DNA of 64,000 nt from Haliotis cracherodii (Eukaryota), in NCBI RefSeq assembly GCF_022045235.1, contig NW_027266264.1:70060001-70124000 (forward strand), read 5' to 3'. Below, piece after piece: positions 1 to 13,691 of this stretch (the stretch's first letter is position 1; every line of letters starts with the position of its first letter). Made by a program: the position numbers and the translations under genes. The notes under the pieces are model-generated. The model saw nothing but the letters and a program-made list of their open reading frames with translations, searched no databases and was not told the DNA's origin.

Positions 1-1288
1 TAATGTAATATTTTGCTGTAACCAGCTAACGCACAAAAAAACTGCCTAATCGCCCCAACGTACTTAGACTACAAGTCGCAATTGATGCATGGAAAATTTA
101 GGCTACGCCCTCTAACAAACTATTGTTTCTTTATTGGCTGGTAATAGAATGTTGCATTATTGCGCTGAACGGTATCTCTGATTTCGTATATTGTCTACAG
201 TTTTTGTGTGTTAATACTTAAATAAGCAGTCTGTGAAGTTATTATTGTTGACGTATGTATTTATAAGAATTGACTTCAAGGTGTATTCGCGTTTATGGCG
301 TTATAAACGAAAAACAATGTACACAGGTTTTTTTACGTTTATACTCACATAAACGCAAAACAAGTATTGTAGTCAATTTGTAACATTCAGAGGAGACAAT
401 CAGACATGGTGAGATTCCTGAGCAAGGCACATACGGTCATTCTTGTAGATTAACACTATGATATTAAAGCCGGTCGCATTCACTGAGCAAATACAGCTAT
501 TTACTCACAAAACAAAAGTGATAAGGGCGATATTGTCAAATACAATTTCAAATTGGGTCGATGCAAATCTTGTCCGTGTTCACATACTGGGCTTGGAAAT
601 AAACTGTCTCATCGATTGGTTATCTGCAACGATCTTGAGAAATCTATTGCAGCCAGTCCACAGACAGATTGATTTGGGTTTTGTGCGCAAGGTTTGTTAG
701 CTATTACATATGACTGCTTATTGAATATATCCCATCAGTCCTCGGTAAAGTGCCAGTCTCCGTCTTAGCCCCGCCATGACTCTTGGGTATAAAAGGAATT
801 GCTCGTTGCTAGAGACCGTCATCGGTGCTCTTTCTAATCTTACCCGCTTTCGTACAAAACGTCTGTTTGGTGAAGTCAAGCAAAGAAAGCCGCTTAGTTA
901 CATCGATATTTCACATTGGTGTGATATGTTTTCGTTGGAATTTGTAAATTAGGATTTGTGAAGCGTGAAGACTCCAATAAGATCCCAGGCTCTGAACATC
1001 GCCCTGCATAAAAACCTCCCAACCCCTTAACATGCCTCCACACATCGTGTGTTCATTGTGTCATGCATCCATTACTGCCTCTGTGTTAACATACAATGTC
1101 TCCAGTGTTACGTGAGTGACAGATTATATATCACGTGATGTGTGTAATACGTCACCACACACAGCCCTAGTGTCACGTGTATACAACACTCGCTTTCGTT
1201 ATGTCTCGTATTATCATCCCCTCGAGTATCAAATGGTATCTGCTTATCATGGCAGAAGTGTTTTCATATGGCGAACATCCTTGCTCAG

Positions 1289-1503
1289 CTCGTGCATGAG
1301 ATAACCCTTGCACCATCAACTCGTGCATGACATAACCCTTGCACCACCAACTCGTGTACGACATTATCCTTGCACCATCAACTCGTGCATGACATAACCC
1401 TTGCACCATCAACTCGTGCATGACATACACCTTGCACCATCAACTCGTGTATGACATTATCCTTGCACCATCAACTCGTCCATGACATACACCTAGGACC
1501 ATC
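1289..1503. repeat. 31-bp minisatellite (ctcgtgcatgacataacccttgcaccatcaa), about 7 copies
   Basis: Unit starts at 1289 and 1320; period read directly. Confidence 0.9.
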
Positions 1504-1540
1504 AGATCGTGCAAAGCATAGGGAACACATCATGCACTAT

Positions 1541-2263
1541 CATGCACTCCCCATACTTGCTGCCTCTCATGCACTCCCCATACTTGCTGCCTCTCATGCA
1601 CTCCCTATACTTGCAGCCTCTCATATACTCCCCATAATTGCAGCCTCTCATGCACTCCCCATACTTGCTGCCTCTCATGAACTCCCCATACTTGCTGCCT
1701 CTCATGCACTCCCCATACTTGCTGCCTCTCATGCACTCCCCATACTTGCTGCCTATCAAGCACTCCCCATACTTGCTGCCTATCAAGCACTCCCCATACT
1801 TGCAGCCTCTCATATACTCCCCATACTTGCAGCCTCTCATATACTCCCCATACTTGCAGCCTCTCATGCACTCCCCATACTTGCTGCCTCTCATGAACTC
1901 CCCATACTTGCTGCCTCTCATGCACTCCCCATACTTGCTGCCTCTCATGCACTCCCCATACTTGCTGCCTCTCATGCACTCCCCATACTTGCTGCCTCGC
2001 ATGCACTCCCCATACTTGCAGCCTCTCATGCACTCCCCATACTTGCTGCCTCTCATGAACTCCCCATACTTGCTGCCTCTCATGAACTCCCCATACTTGC
2101 TGCCTCTCATATACTCCCCATACTTCAACCTTTCATGCACTCCCACACATGCAGCCTCTCATGCACTCCCATACTTGCTGCCTCTTTTGTTCGTCTCGTC
2201 CCATACATGCTGCCTCTTTTGTACGTTCCATACTTGCTGCCTCTTTTGTTCGTCCCATACTTG
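1541..2263. repeat. 27-bp minisatellite (catgcactccccatacttgctgcctct), about 26 copies
   Basis: Direct periodicity; source of the HALPILAAS-type repetitive ORFs. Confidence 0.95.
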
Positions 2264-2285
2264 CAGAATTTCTGTAAGCAATAAA

Positions 2286-2650
2286 GTGAGGCGAAGGTTG
2301 AGAGCTGAGTCGAGGTTGTGTTCCAGATTATTGAACTTTATTGCGACGTGCATAAACGTGTGTGTGTGTGTGTATGCGTGTATGTGTGAGTATGCGCGTT
2401 TGTGTATGCATGTGTGTGTATGCGTGTGTGTGCGCGTGTGTGTATGTGTGTCTGCTTGTACTAGCCCCGAGGTTTTGCCGGTTTTTACCATGCCGCAGTA
2501 TTACATGGGTAGCCTACTCAGACACAGTAAATCGACGCCGAGCCGACTAGTCCTTAAATTAATCCCCTCAAAGAAATGCGTCAAGCAGTGTAACAAGTAC
2601 CATTTTTTAACGTGTTTTGGTAGAGCACGGCAAGGAGATCGAACCAGCGA
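2286..2650 (-). mobile_element. Degenerate MetaSINE-type tRNA-derived SINE (family C) with internal (TG)n
   Basis: Reverse-complement homology to the copy at 28503-28858; B-box remnant gatcgaacc near 2637-2645. Confidence 0.75.
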
Positions 2651-4494
2651 CGTTCCACCCATTTCACTTACTGTTTTAAGATCCGTGTTCACCCTAAAAT
2701 GAGGAACAAACTTGAAGTACCAACCTTCATAACACGCACGGAGCCCCGTTCAACACACAGTCCACCGCTACAACTGTCGCTCGGCTACGTAACAGTTTGT
2801 GAGTTAAGACGGTATTAGCGCTAAGGTACCTTTGTGACCCTGACGCACAGTGTCGTGTGGAAGAGAACGTTATGCGAGTAAGTCGAGCAAGGGCATTGAC
2901 TGTAACACAGTGAAGTCACCCCAACATGCCGTGATGAAGAGATTAGTGGAGCCCTGTATGTGTTACGGTATCGTACATGGACTTGGTGCAAAACATTAAT
3001 GTAACATTATCCTTCCATAGATCTATACGACCCCGGGTCCAGCTGACATGATGTATTGGTGTCTTGTGTTGTTTAATCGTTCACTGCCCACATTAATCTT
3101 CTGATACAAACACGTCAGTGTGTTTTTCACTCGTTTTCAATTATTCCACTTTGATGGATCAGTATGACGTCATGTGATGAAGACAGGGGTACGGAATCTA
3201 GATTCCAGCCAAGGTGAAAGTTGAACCGAAATATATTCAGCCTTCTCTATGAAACAAAATAGGCTCGTCATCGTTATCCATAAAACGCATATTTTATGTA
3301 AATACTCAATGCATGCAAAGCGGGGGAACAAAAGAAGGCAGGATAAGTAGTGACAGTTTCATGTTGTTTGCTTTGTAGTTGGTAGCAAATGATGCCACGT
3401 GTTGTATTTAATGAAATATAAAGCGGGGAAGTAATCCCGTCTCGATGAACTGCGATAATGCACATCATCTTTGTCCCCAGCCAATAGGCCCTAGATTTAT
3501 TGAGTTCTGCGTTGTATTAATTATATCTCGCTGTTACGATGCGTTATTATCGATTGGTATTAGCTAACATCCCGACACCACCAGGTAATACGCTGTGGTG
3601 TTTCCAATATTGCCTAGCAGATACAGTTTTACAATCGGGGTAAATTGATTTCAGTGTGGGTGTAGCCTGCCGTCAATCATAACAATGTATAGGAGGTATA
3701 CACTGATCTCTATACTTATCACCAGTCTTGTTTATGATCGTGTATGCCCTTGATCACGTGATCATGTACGCTCGTCATCTCAATTCGTAAGTCCTGTGAC
3801 AACGTTCTTATCAATCATATTGTGATTACTGAAAAAGAAGGAACACAGACTCCTTCTTTGAAGATTCAGAGAATGTTGACGCTTAATTGGACTAAATTGA
3901 TCGACTTGACTTGATGTTTTTTAAATTAAAATTTAAAGAATTCAAAATTCAAATTCAACCGAGCTAATTTAGTGAAGTATCTGGCTATCCTCATGCCCAA
4001 CGAGAGAAGAAAAGAGCGGTTTGAAGGGAATGCGCTGTGGTATTACTGAAATACTCTTCAAGGCTGCTTTAAACAAAACTCATCCACTCACTCCAAGGAG
4101 ATGGGAGACATTTTGTTGTTTCATTGTTGTGGATTCCAAGAAGCCTGACAATACAAGCTACTCTCATTAATGATCAATTTGCAAAGTAATCTAATCATTA
4201 TCATAAATACTTTCCATTTTCAGTAGTCAATGAATCCAAATACTCACAGTAACGTTTGGCTGTATACAACCCAACTAACAAAATTCCGTCTCGGATACTT
4301 GCGTGAGTAAAATATCTGCCACTCATCAGTCAAGTAGGATGATAAATAGATCATATGAAATCAGTTGATATGTTTTCACATTATGGTGTACGTCTGAAAC
4401 CTATATAAGCCAGCATTCATTCCATGCAGTTGGCGTTCAATGCCTAACTTGCCACATCCACGATTCTTGTTTAAATCAGACCCGACATATCAGT

Positions 4495-4685
4495 CTGTCT
4501 CAACGCGTCAAACACGTCGATATTGGGGCTTCCACGGTGTTATAACTATCCCCGGCCGATCCTGAAAGGCAAATTGTCCAGCAATTCTGGTCCAAGTAGT
4601 TACAACAAAATTCAATAACTTTAATTGAGAAAAAATATGTTTTTATCCTGTGGTGATCGGTTTCCTGCCAACCCCCGTGCATTAA
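4495..4685 (-). mobile_element. CR1-like LINE ORF2 C-terminal remnant
   Basis: Translation RIKTYFFSIKVIEFCCN...VEAPISTC resembles the CR1 end motif RKxFFSxRVIxxWN...APSLxxFK. Confidence 0.4.
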
Positions 4686-4807
4686 AGCCTTACTCGATCC
4701 GCGGTATGCACCAGGCTTTCTGGTGTGTCGATCAAAGCCCCCTTCTATAACGATCCACGGGAATGTTTAACGATTGTCTCTGTAGCAGGTTAGAGTAAAC
4801 CTCTGGT

Positions 4808-5740
4808 CTCGGGTCTCACTGCCTACTCGGGTCTCGCTGCCACTCGGGTCTCACTGCCCTCTAAGATCTCACTGTCCACTCGGGTCTCACTGCCCACTAA
4901 GGTCTCACTGCCAACTAAGATATCACTGCCCACTCGGGTCTCACTGCCCACTGAGGTCTCACTGCCCACTAAGATCTCACTGCCCACTAGGATCTAACTG
5001 CCCTCTAAGATCTCACTGCCCACTCGGGTCTCACTGCCAACTCGGGTCTCCCTGCCCACTAAGGTCTCCCTGCTCACTAAGATCTCACTGTCCACTAGGG
5101 TCTCACTGCCCACTAAGATCTCACTGCCCACTATGATCTCACTGCCCACTAAGATCTCACTGCCCACTAAGATCTCACTGCCCACTAAGATCTCACTGCC
5201 CACTAAGATCTCATTGCCTACTTAGATCTCACTGCCCACTAAGATCTCATTGCCTACTCGGGTCTCACTGCCAACTAAGATCTCACTTCCCACTAAGGTC
5301 TCACTGCTCACTTAGATCTCACTGCCCACTAAGATCTCATTGCCCAGGAAGATATCACTGCCCACTAAGATCTCTCTGCCTGCTCGGATCTCACTGCCAA
5401 CTGAGATCCAATCGCCCTCTCGGACACACTGCACACTCGGGTCTCACTGCCAACTAAGATCCCATTGCCAACTCGGACACACTGCACACTCGGGTCTCAC
5501 TGCCAACTAAGGTCCCATTGCCCACTCGGATACACTGCACACTCGGGTCTCACTGCCAACTAAGGTGCCATTGCCCACTCGGACACACTGCACACTCGGG
5601 TCTCACTGCCAACTAAGATCTCATTGCCCACTCGGACACACTGAACACTCGGGTCTCACTGCCAACTAAGGTCCCATTGCCCACTCGGCCACACTGCACA
5701 CTCGGGTCTCACTGCCAACTTCCGTCTCATTGCCCACTCA
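4808..5740. repeat. 18-bp minisatellite (gatctcactgcccactaa) grading into a 53-bp higher-order repeat
   Basis: 18-bp period over 4808-5400; ctcgggtctcac recurs at 5436, 5489 and 5542 (period 53). Confidence 0.9.
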
Positions 5741-5959
5741 GGACTCGCTGTCCAGTCCAATATACAATAGAAGGCGAGTTGCGCCTTATCTGCGTCTCGT
5801 CTGTGATATTGCTCAATGGCTGACTGATGTGAAATCAGTGTTGTGGATCTGCTGACCCATTCATGGACAGTGTTTCGCATGAGTTGGGTTTAAGTTAGTT
5901 ATTCACAAAGTATGTTTGTTGCTTCATGTTGATGAGGAGAATATGTATCCGTGGATATA

Positions 5960-7484
5960 AACTGAGGGCCAAAAGAAACGTTACCAACATTAACTAATGT
6001 GCCAATTTGAAACAAAGATGCCAACCTGTTCAAAAACAGTACAGAACACATCTCACGAATACAGCCTTCATGTTCTCTGTCGTTCTTTGCGCGTGCTTTG
6101 CGGATTTTGGGAGATATTGGTGGTTTTCAGCAATTTTTTAAAACATTCTTTCCCAAATTATCGTGCAATTTCCGGGTATAAATTACGCACGGATCTGTTC
6201 CCTATCATTGGTTGCGATGATTAACACCAACGAACATGCCAAGACTGACCGCTGTCCAGAGGGAGAGAGCCATAGGTATGCTGCAGATGGGAGCGACACA
6301 GAGAGAGGTTGCCATTAACATGAACTGCTCCAATGACCATTACCAGACTGGTTGCACGTCTCCGACAGACTGGCAGAACCGCAGACAGACCACGGAGTGG
6401 CAGACCAAAGGTCGCGACCCCGCAGGATGACCGCTTTTTACGGGTACTTCATCTGAGGAACAGATTTCTTACTGTGACGTCATCAGCTGCCAACAGCTTA
6501 GGACATCCCGTCAGCAGACAAACAGTGACCAGATGACTACGACATTATGGTCTCCGGGCTTATCGCCCTTTCAAGGGCATGACCTTGACCCGTCAACATC
6601 GACGTGCCAGATGGACGTGGTGCAGGCAAACTCAGCGATGGCAACAAAGGGAATGGCGGCGAGTGCTGTTTAGTGACGAGAGCAGGTTCCAACTCTTCAA
6701 ACCTGATGGGCGGACGCGAGTTTATCGACGACGTGGTGAACGTACGGCTCCTTGTTGTGTCCAGGAGGTGGAACCTTACGGGGGCGGAAGTGTGATGGTC
6801 TGGGGTGGCATTTGCAGGGACGAGAAGACTGAACTTGTCATCATCGAAGGCAATCTGACAGCACAACGCTACATTGATAATATCTGACGGCAAGTGGTTC
6901 TTCCTTTCATCCAGCTTCAACAACGGACGGTGTTCCAACAAGATAACGCCACATCCCATAAGCCCGTATTACTAGAGACTTCCTCAACGCCAACAACGTG
7001 ACTGTCCTGCCGTGGCCAGCTCGATCACCAGATCTGTCACCCATAGAACATCTCTGGGACCAGCTGGGGCGTCGTCTTCGGAAACGTCAACATCCTCCCT
7101 TCACGAGACAAGCGTTGATCGTTGCCCTCCGTGAGGAATGGAATCGGATACCTGCAGTCGATGTGAGGACGCTGGTCTACTCAGTTCGACGCCGCATTCG
7201 AAGAAGCATTGCCGCTCATGGAGGTCATATCCCGTATTGAACGGTCTGGGCCGTCGTCACCTTAAGTTGTAAGCAATGTTGTTGATCGAATACTGGACGA
7301 ATGACCCCTTGTCAAGAAATGTCCCTGTTGGAGGTCAAGGACTTTGTTGTTGAATTAGTAAATTCGCATTTTACTGTTCTGAATGATGAATTTCTACAAT
7401 ACAATTGTTATTGCTGCTTCAAATTGTGTTGGTCATATTTTATCCTAGAAATATCGTTGGTAACGTTTCTTTTGGCCGTCAGTT
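5960..7484 (+). mobile_element. Full-length Tc1-family DNA transposon (inactive)
   Basis: 29-bp TIRs at 5960-5988 (aactgagggccaaaagaaacgttaccaac) and 7456-7484 with one mismatch; TA on both sides; transposase inside. Confidence 0.95.
6236..7240 (+). pseudogene. Tc1 DDE transposase pseudogene
   Basis: HTH region MPRLT...RPRSGRP, then VLFSDESRF, VMVWGGI, FQQDNA and WPARSPDLSPIEHLW; frameshift near 6330, stops at 6534 and 6885, second frameshift near 6960. Confidence 0.95.
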
Positions 7485-8025
7485 TAGTAAACACTTCTGA
7501 ACGTGGAATGCTGAGTGACTGAGTAAATAGAAAATCAGCAATATTCCAGCTGTATCAACTGTCAATAACCAAATCTGTGCCAGGCAAACCAGAGGTTGAC
7601 AGAATTGTTTCGTGTCGAGTCCCAAATTGAAACAATATGTTAACCCAGAAATCTGTACGTGAAATAGTTTTGTGTAAAACAAACACACAGACTGCAAATA
7701 GAATTCGCTCAACTATTGTATTACAAAATTAACTAGGTTTACAAATCAATATAAATAACGGCACAACAATTACAACGGCAGTACACAATAGAGTGGTAGT
7801 ACAATATTCAATGGCAGTATAAAATGTGAGGAGTGGAAATGACAATGACAAGAATAATAATCACCTCGCCGCAACAGTGGTCACGCTTCCGAGAGAGGCC
7901 AAGGCTGAATATCATGGTGAAGAGTGATCTTCACACGAAAGCTGGTCTTGATGTAATCTCAGATGAAATGTGAGATGTAATGTGAGATAAGACAGGGACG
8001 CGCCCGATCCACTTACACAGTCTAC

Positions 8026-8498
8026 GGGCTCAGTCACACATTCAGGATTTTTACCATTCCCGATTACAATTTGTCAAAAGTCTGATCAAGATCCTGTGAT
8101 TCGTGGCGGGAAATTCACAAACAATCAGACAGTGTTCAAGAAGCGCCCCGATTCAGACGTTTTCAGCCGAATTCGTCCCGATCCACAGGGCACCGTCCAG
8201 ACAACACAGGACATTGTTACGAATTTTGATCCGATACAGCAGAATCTGTCACGGCATAGTCACGATTGTAAGTTTCCCGAATGTTACGGGATGCACCATA
8301 CTGTCGGGAGTGCTTTGGCCGACCTCTCTGGACCTTTCCCGACCCGTAGGACTCTGTTACGAACGTATACGGCTGCGTTCAGACAATGATAGGATATCCC
8401 AGGTCATTGAGGATAGTAATCTGACTTTTTCACTTTTCGTGTCGTAACGCTGTCTGATCTCAAAAGGGAGCCATTATCGGTACTGTGGGAACCTGGCC
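8026..8498. mobile_element. Possible PIF/Harbinger-type non-autonomous element
   Basis: Imperfect ends ggctcagtcacaca / tgtgggaacctggcc followed by taa; many internal cccgat-type motifs. Confidence 0.35.
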
Positions 8499-9812
8499 TA
8501 ACCGGGCTCCAGCACTTTCTACACCGTGCCAAACCAGTCCAGTGTCACTTGAACATCACAGAATATTCCACATGTTTCTATAACGATTGACATTCATCCA
8601 TGCTAGTCCGGAAGTTTACAGATAATTCCGAGTATGTAAATATAATAACTTCCTCACCACTTCTTACATTAAATAGTACTACATTCCTGACAACTAATCA
8701 TTGTCCAAATCCAGTGACTTCTCTGAATCTCAACAGAAACAATGTACTACAGTCAGTTACAATCATCGTTTAACAATAAATTACTCTGCCATATAACAGC
8801 ATGAGCACGATGAGAGACAACCATCAAAGTCGCACATTGAAACCACTCCGTAATCCTCGTTAATCCAACTTAGATACTTGGGGTATGTTTCTGCACTATG
8901 ACAGACAACCATTTAGGTCCACTATTGAAACCACACAGTAATCCTCGTCAGTCAGCAGATCCAGGTACTGGGGCTATTTTGTGCCCTGGGTTCCGTACGG
9001 GGGAATTATGAATACAATCGAATTTGTTCTCTATATGGGTTTGTTTGCACAATTAAACACTAACCGATCTGCATATCTCAAACGTACCAAACGTCTATGT
9101 GTGTAAAACATTGAACAATCGTGAATCAAATATGTATCAAATGTGTATCGATTATTAATCAAAAGAGATCGTGTTACATGTTACGATTAAGAACTCCCTC
9201 ATTGTTAAACACAGACTATAATGGCTTTCACTATAATCCCTTTATGCAAGTAGGCCCTAGTCAACACACAGACACTGTTTGGTTCCAAACAGCCAACATT
9301 AATGTGTGTATAATATAGCCACGCTTTAATGTCTACCCACGGCGCGAATTTTACAGCAATGTTTTATTCATGGACGGTTACGCGAGTTGTGCACATAACG
9401 CATCATTTACAGCTTGGCACTAAAGCGAGTGTAGTCAACGACAGCGGGGACACATAACATTTAGGAAAAACATGCGGGAACATACAGGATATATGGTGAA
9501 AATAAAGCTGTTAATTTCACAACAAAAGTCTTATTTCATTGCCCCAGGCGACAAACAATGCAAAATTATACATGATCAAGGAGACGGTTCCAAGACTCTG
9601 TATAGACTCTCTGATATCACTTAAGAAACGTGTTAATGCTTGCACAGCTGATCCTTAAAGAGACGCAGTCAGACATGACAAGATCTATGTAACATCAGCG
9701 TGGCCTGATTATGACCATGGCTCAATGAGCACATTATTGATTGTTACAACATAACAGGCAAAAAAAACTGGCATTATTTCATCTCGATGAGTCAGAGGTT
9801 ACATATTACACG

Positions 9813-10245
9813 ATACAACTACACTCGACGTCCACGACAAGATACAACTACACTCGACGTCGACGACTTCATACAACTACTCTCGACGTCCACGACATCA
9901 TACAACTACACTCGACGTCCACGACATCAGGCAACTACTCTCGACGTCCACGACAAGATACAACTACACTCGACGTCCACGACATCATACAACTACTCTC
10001 GACGTCCACGACATCATACAACTACACTTGACGTCCACGACATCATACAACTACTCTCGACGTCCATGACTTCATACAACTACTCTCGACGTCCACGACT
10101 TCATACAACTACTCTCGACGTCCACGACATCATACAACTACTCTCGACGTCCACGACAAGATACAACTAAACTCGACGTCCACGACAATTTGCAACTACA
10201 CTCGACGTCCACGGCAATATACAATATACAAATACTCTCGACGTC
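9813..10245. repeat. 29-bp minisatellite (tacaactactctcgacgtccacgacatca), about 14 copies
   Basis: Direct periodicity; CpG-rich unit. Confidence 0.92.
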
Positions 10246-10624
10246 GACGTCGACCTATATTCGCTGTGAAATATGCCCCGTACAGTCTCTATATTCTGAC
10301 ATATATGATATATAGGATATCAAAGATATATTATGGTTTGCACTCTGCTGAAGGTATCAACGATATATTATGTTATGCACTCTGCTTCAAAACATAGGTA
10401 ATGTATAGGCAAACCTCATGTAACTAATTTGGGTCTATGTGTACAAGATTACAATTAATATTTACAATACTAATAACTATTATTGATTTACATTAATCTT
10501 TATCAGCGTAAGTTGTAACAAACGTCACATGTAAAGACATTAATATAACTACAATAACTGCCGAAATACATTAGTCTATTTAATTCTGTTTATCTGAGCA
10601 TTAATTTACATTTTCGTTTAATGG

Positions 10625-10900
10625 TGGTTAGGTGACACGTGGTTTAACGTCACGTTCAAGATTATTGTAATGGCATAGGGACGTGCATTCACGTGAACGC
10701 ATGGTTGTCTCTCCGGACTAATGCCGGTTTTATAGTGATAGCCCCCTGAGATACCATGCCGCAGTTTAACAAAGATACCCTACTCAGGCACAGTATACTG
10801 ACTCCGAGCTGACCAGTCCTTGTTTTATGTCCCTAACGTGTCAGGCAGGGTAATAACAAGTATTATCTTTTAAACGTATTTTGGTATGACGCGACAGGGA
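10625..10900 (-). mobile_element. Degenerate MetaSINE-type SINE (family C), head missing
   Basis: accatgccgcag...cacagtatactgactccgagctgaccagtcc...ttttggtatgacgcg is the reverse complement of the 28503 copy. Confidence 0.8.
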
Positions 10901-11089
10901 TAGTTCCTCCATCTTTCAGGTACCTCGCGTCAGTAGCTCGCCCGAAGATGCCGACTGGGAACGTTACGCCGTGGGAATGTTACGCCGGCTCACAAGATAA
11001 AACCAAACGGAACGCAGACCCCGTAAGGGCCGTTGTAACACAATACGTGTATGACTTAATGATGCTTTCTCTGACCGGCAACAAGGCCG

Positions 11090-11306
11090 AGTGAGTGAGT
11101 GAGTGAGTGAGTTGGGTTTAATGCAGGTCTCAGACGTTTTCTACTTCGTTGAAACCCACTGCTACGGGTATGGTGCTGACAAACCTAAAAAACATAATCA
11201 GGGCGAACCGGCATTCGAACCCACAATAATAAATTAGGTTTCTGGCGTGCCCAACGGACTCAAAGCGAATCGCGGCGCCTTAGACGACTGGGCCACCCGT
11301 GCCCCC
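11090..11306 (-). mobile_element. tRNA-derived SINE family B, internally deleted
   Basis: Homologous to 42378-42653; (GAGT)n tail; near-TSD caacaaggccga / cagcaaggccga. Confidence 0.85.
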
Positions 11307-11658
11307 TCAGCAAGGCCGATAGAGACAGATAGAGTGAGTGATCGAGTGAGTGAGTGAGTGAGTGAGTGAGTGGCGGAGTGTTACCATTACGAAGATGAAG
11401 GGTTAAGATAGGAGCAAATTCCAACCAAAGATCAGCGTATCCTGGCATACCTAAGGGACGCAACACAACACAGAGTTTGACAGCTGAGACGCAACAAATA
11501 ACCATTTTATGATTCGTGAACGTGTAAGTCAGGACAGAACTGCTGGGGCACGAAGAAGAAGGAAGAGAAGTTTATTCTCATGAATCACAAATAGATGCAT
11601 GGAGCTGATGTTTGATGAGATATTTACAAAATACATGATTAAAAAGTACAGTAATATA

Positions 11659-11687
11659 TACTCACCGCCAAAAGAAACGCGAACCAT
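11659..11687. mobile_element. Tc1-like terminal inverted repeat (solo end)
   Basis: TA followed by tactcaccgccaaaagaaacg, resembling the TIRs at 5960 and 36924. Confidence 0.6.
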
Positions 11688-12449
11688 GGAAACATATAGA
11701 GAAAAACGCGAACCATGGAAACATATAGAGAAACGCAAACCATGGAAACATATAGAGAGAAACGCGAACCATAGAAACATATAGAGAGAAACGCGAACCA
11801 TAGAAACATATAGAGAGAAACGCGAACAATAGAAACATATAGAGAGAAACGCGAACCATGGAAACATATAGAGAGAAACGCGAACCATGGAAACATATAG
11901 AGAAACGCGAACCATGGAAACATATAGAGAGAAACGCGAACCATGGAAACATATAGAGAGAAACGCAAACCATGGAAACATATAGAGAAACGCAATCCAT
12001 GGAAACATATAGAGAGAAACGCGAACCATGGAAACATATAGAGAGAAACGCGAACCATGGAAACATATAGAGAGAAACGCGAACCATGGAAACATATAGA
12101 GAGAAACGCGAACCATAGAAACATATAGAGAGAAACGCGAACCATGGAAACATATAGAGAGAAACGCGAACCATGGAAACATATAGAGAGAAACGCGAAC
12201 CATGGAAACATATAGAGAGAAACGCGAACCATGGAAACATATAGAGAGAAACGCGAACCATGGAAACATATAGGGAGAAACGCGAACCATGGAAACATAT
12301 AGAGAGAAACGCGAACCATGGAAACATATAGAGAGAAACGCGAACCATGGAAACATACAGAGAGAAACGCGAACCATGGAAACATATAGAGAGAAACGCG
12401 AACCATGGAAACATATAGAGAGAAACGCGAACCATGGAAACATATAGAG
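11674..12449. repeat. 29-bp minisatellite (gaaacgcgaaccatggaaacatatagaga), about 27 copies with 27-bp variants
   Basis: gcgaacc at 12021 and 12050; highly homogeneous. Confidence 0.95.
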
Positions 12450-12781
12450 ATGTATGTACGGTGAGAATACATGTTTCCAGTGTTTTCAACTTCATGACAA
12501 AGCAAGCAATCAGTCAAGTGTTACCACAGAGTGTCTTTATTCTTATCACGATATCCTGCTCGCGATTTCTAAACTTTACACGCTAACGATGCACGAAACA
12601 AATGGCACATCTCGCGTTATGGATCTATGACGTCACATGTGATGGGTTCATGAGTGTCGGTTCACACAACATAACAGTATGTTCGTTTGTGCATCGAACC
12701 AATCTAACTAATATCTCTTGGATATCGCGTGTCTTTTGTCCGTGAGTATATCAATATATACATACATACATGTAGGATTGC

Positions 12782-13010
12782 TTTGTTTGTTTGTTGTTTA
12801 ACGCCGCACGCTGCACTATCCCAGCTATATGACGGCGGTCTGTAAATAATCGAGTCTGGACCAGACAATCCAGTGATTGATATCATGAGCATCGATCTAC
12901 GCAATTGGGATACGATGACATGCATCAACCAAGTCCGCGAGCCTGACCACCCGATCACGTTATCCCGCATGGGTTGCTTAAGACCTATTCTACTCCGGGT
13001 CGTTACGGGT
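12782..13010 (-). mobile_element. SINE-like family D (no tRNA head, LINE-type tail)
   Basis: Reverse complement of 53688-53951 with an internal deletion; (TTTG)n tail. Confidence 0.9.
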
Positions 13011-13297
13011 ATACATGCAGGAGATGAAACTTGGAGGTGATACACGAGAGAATTAAACCTACATGACAAGCGATCAGGCTTCAGCGACGTTTTATGCCAG
13101 AATGGTATTATTCTAATTTTAACAGCAACACTTAGGGGACATCTGGTGAGGTCACCATATACAAAGTGATCAGGGATAGCAAGTTTAAAATCCAGATATA
13201 TTTTTTCAAAACTTAATGTACATGGGTTCTGCCAGGTTTATCTATTTAAATCCTCACACGTCCGACCCAAACAGTAACTGTACGTGCTGATCAATAG

Positions 13298-13682
13298 ATG
13301 AGGTGAAATGGGGTTTGACGTCGCGTTCAAGAGTTTTGCCCTTATACGGCGACGTGCATGCATGCATGTGTGTGTGTGTGGTGTGTGTGTGTGTGTGTGT
13401 GTGGTGTGTGTGTGGTGTGTGTGTGTGTGTGTGAACTGATGCCGATTTTACACTGCTAGCCTACTAACATACTATGCCGCAGTTTTAATATGAATACCCC
13501 ACTTAGACACAGTATACTGACTCAGAGCCGACCACTCCTTGTTTTAGTCCCTAAATGCTGAGCGCCAGACAGGGTAACAACATGTATCATCCATTAACGT
13601 CTTTTAGTATGTCGCGGCCGGGGATCGAACCCTGGACCTTCCGCTCTCCGGGCAGACGCTCTACCACGAGATCACGGAGGGG
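13298..13682 (-). mobile_element. MetaSINE-type SINE (family C), near full length, internal (TG)n at 13367-13432
   Basis: tRNA head (reverse-complemented B box ggggatcgaacc at about 13620-13631), Meta-like block, tail; matches the 28503 copy. Confidence 0.9.
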
Positions 13683-13691
13683 GTCGCTGAT

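Noticed and set aside
520-960. Possible DIRS/tyrosine-recombinase relic (KYNFKLGRCKSCPCSH; KQRKPLSYIDI)
   Set aside because: Only short motif-like resemblance, with no continuous frame or catalytic residues
1451-2702. Long ORFs (277 and 354 aa) suggesting a repetitive structural protein
   Set aside because: Open in several frames on both strands because the 27-bp unit lacks stops; no signal peptide or splice context
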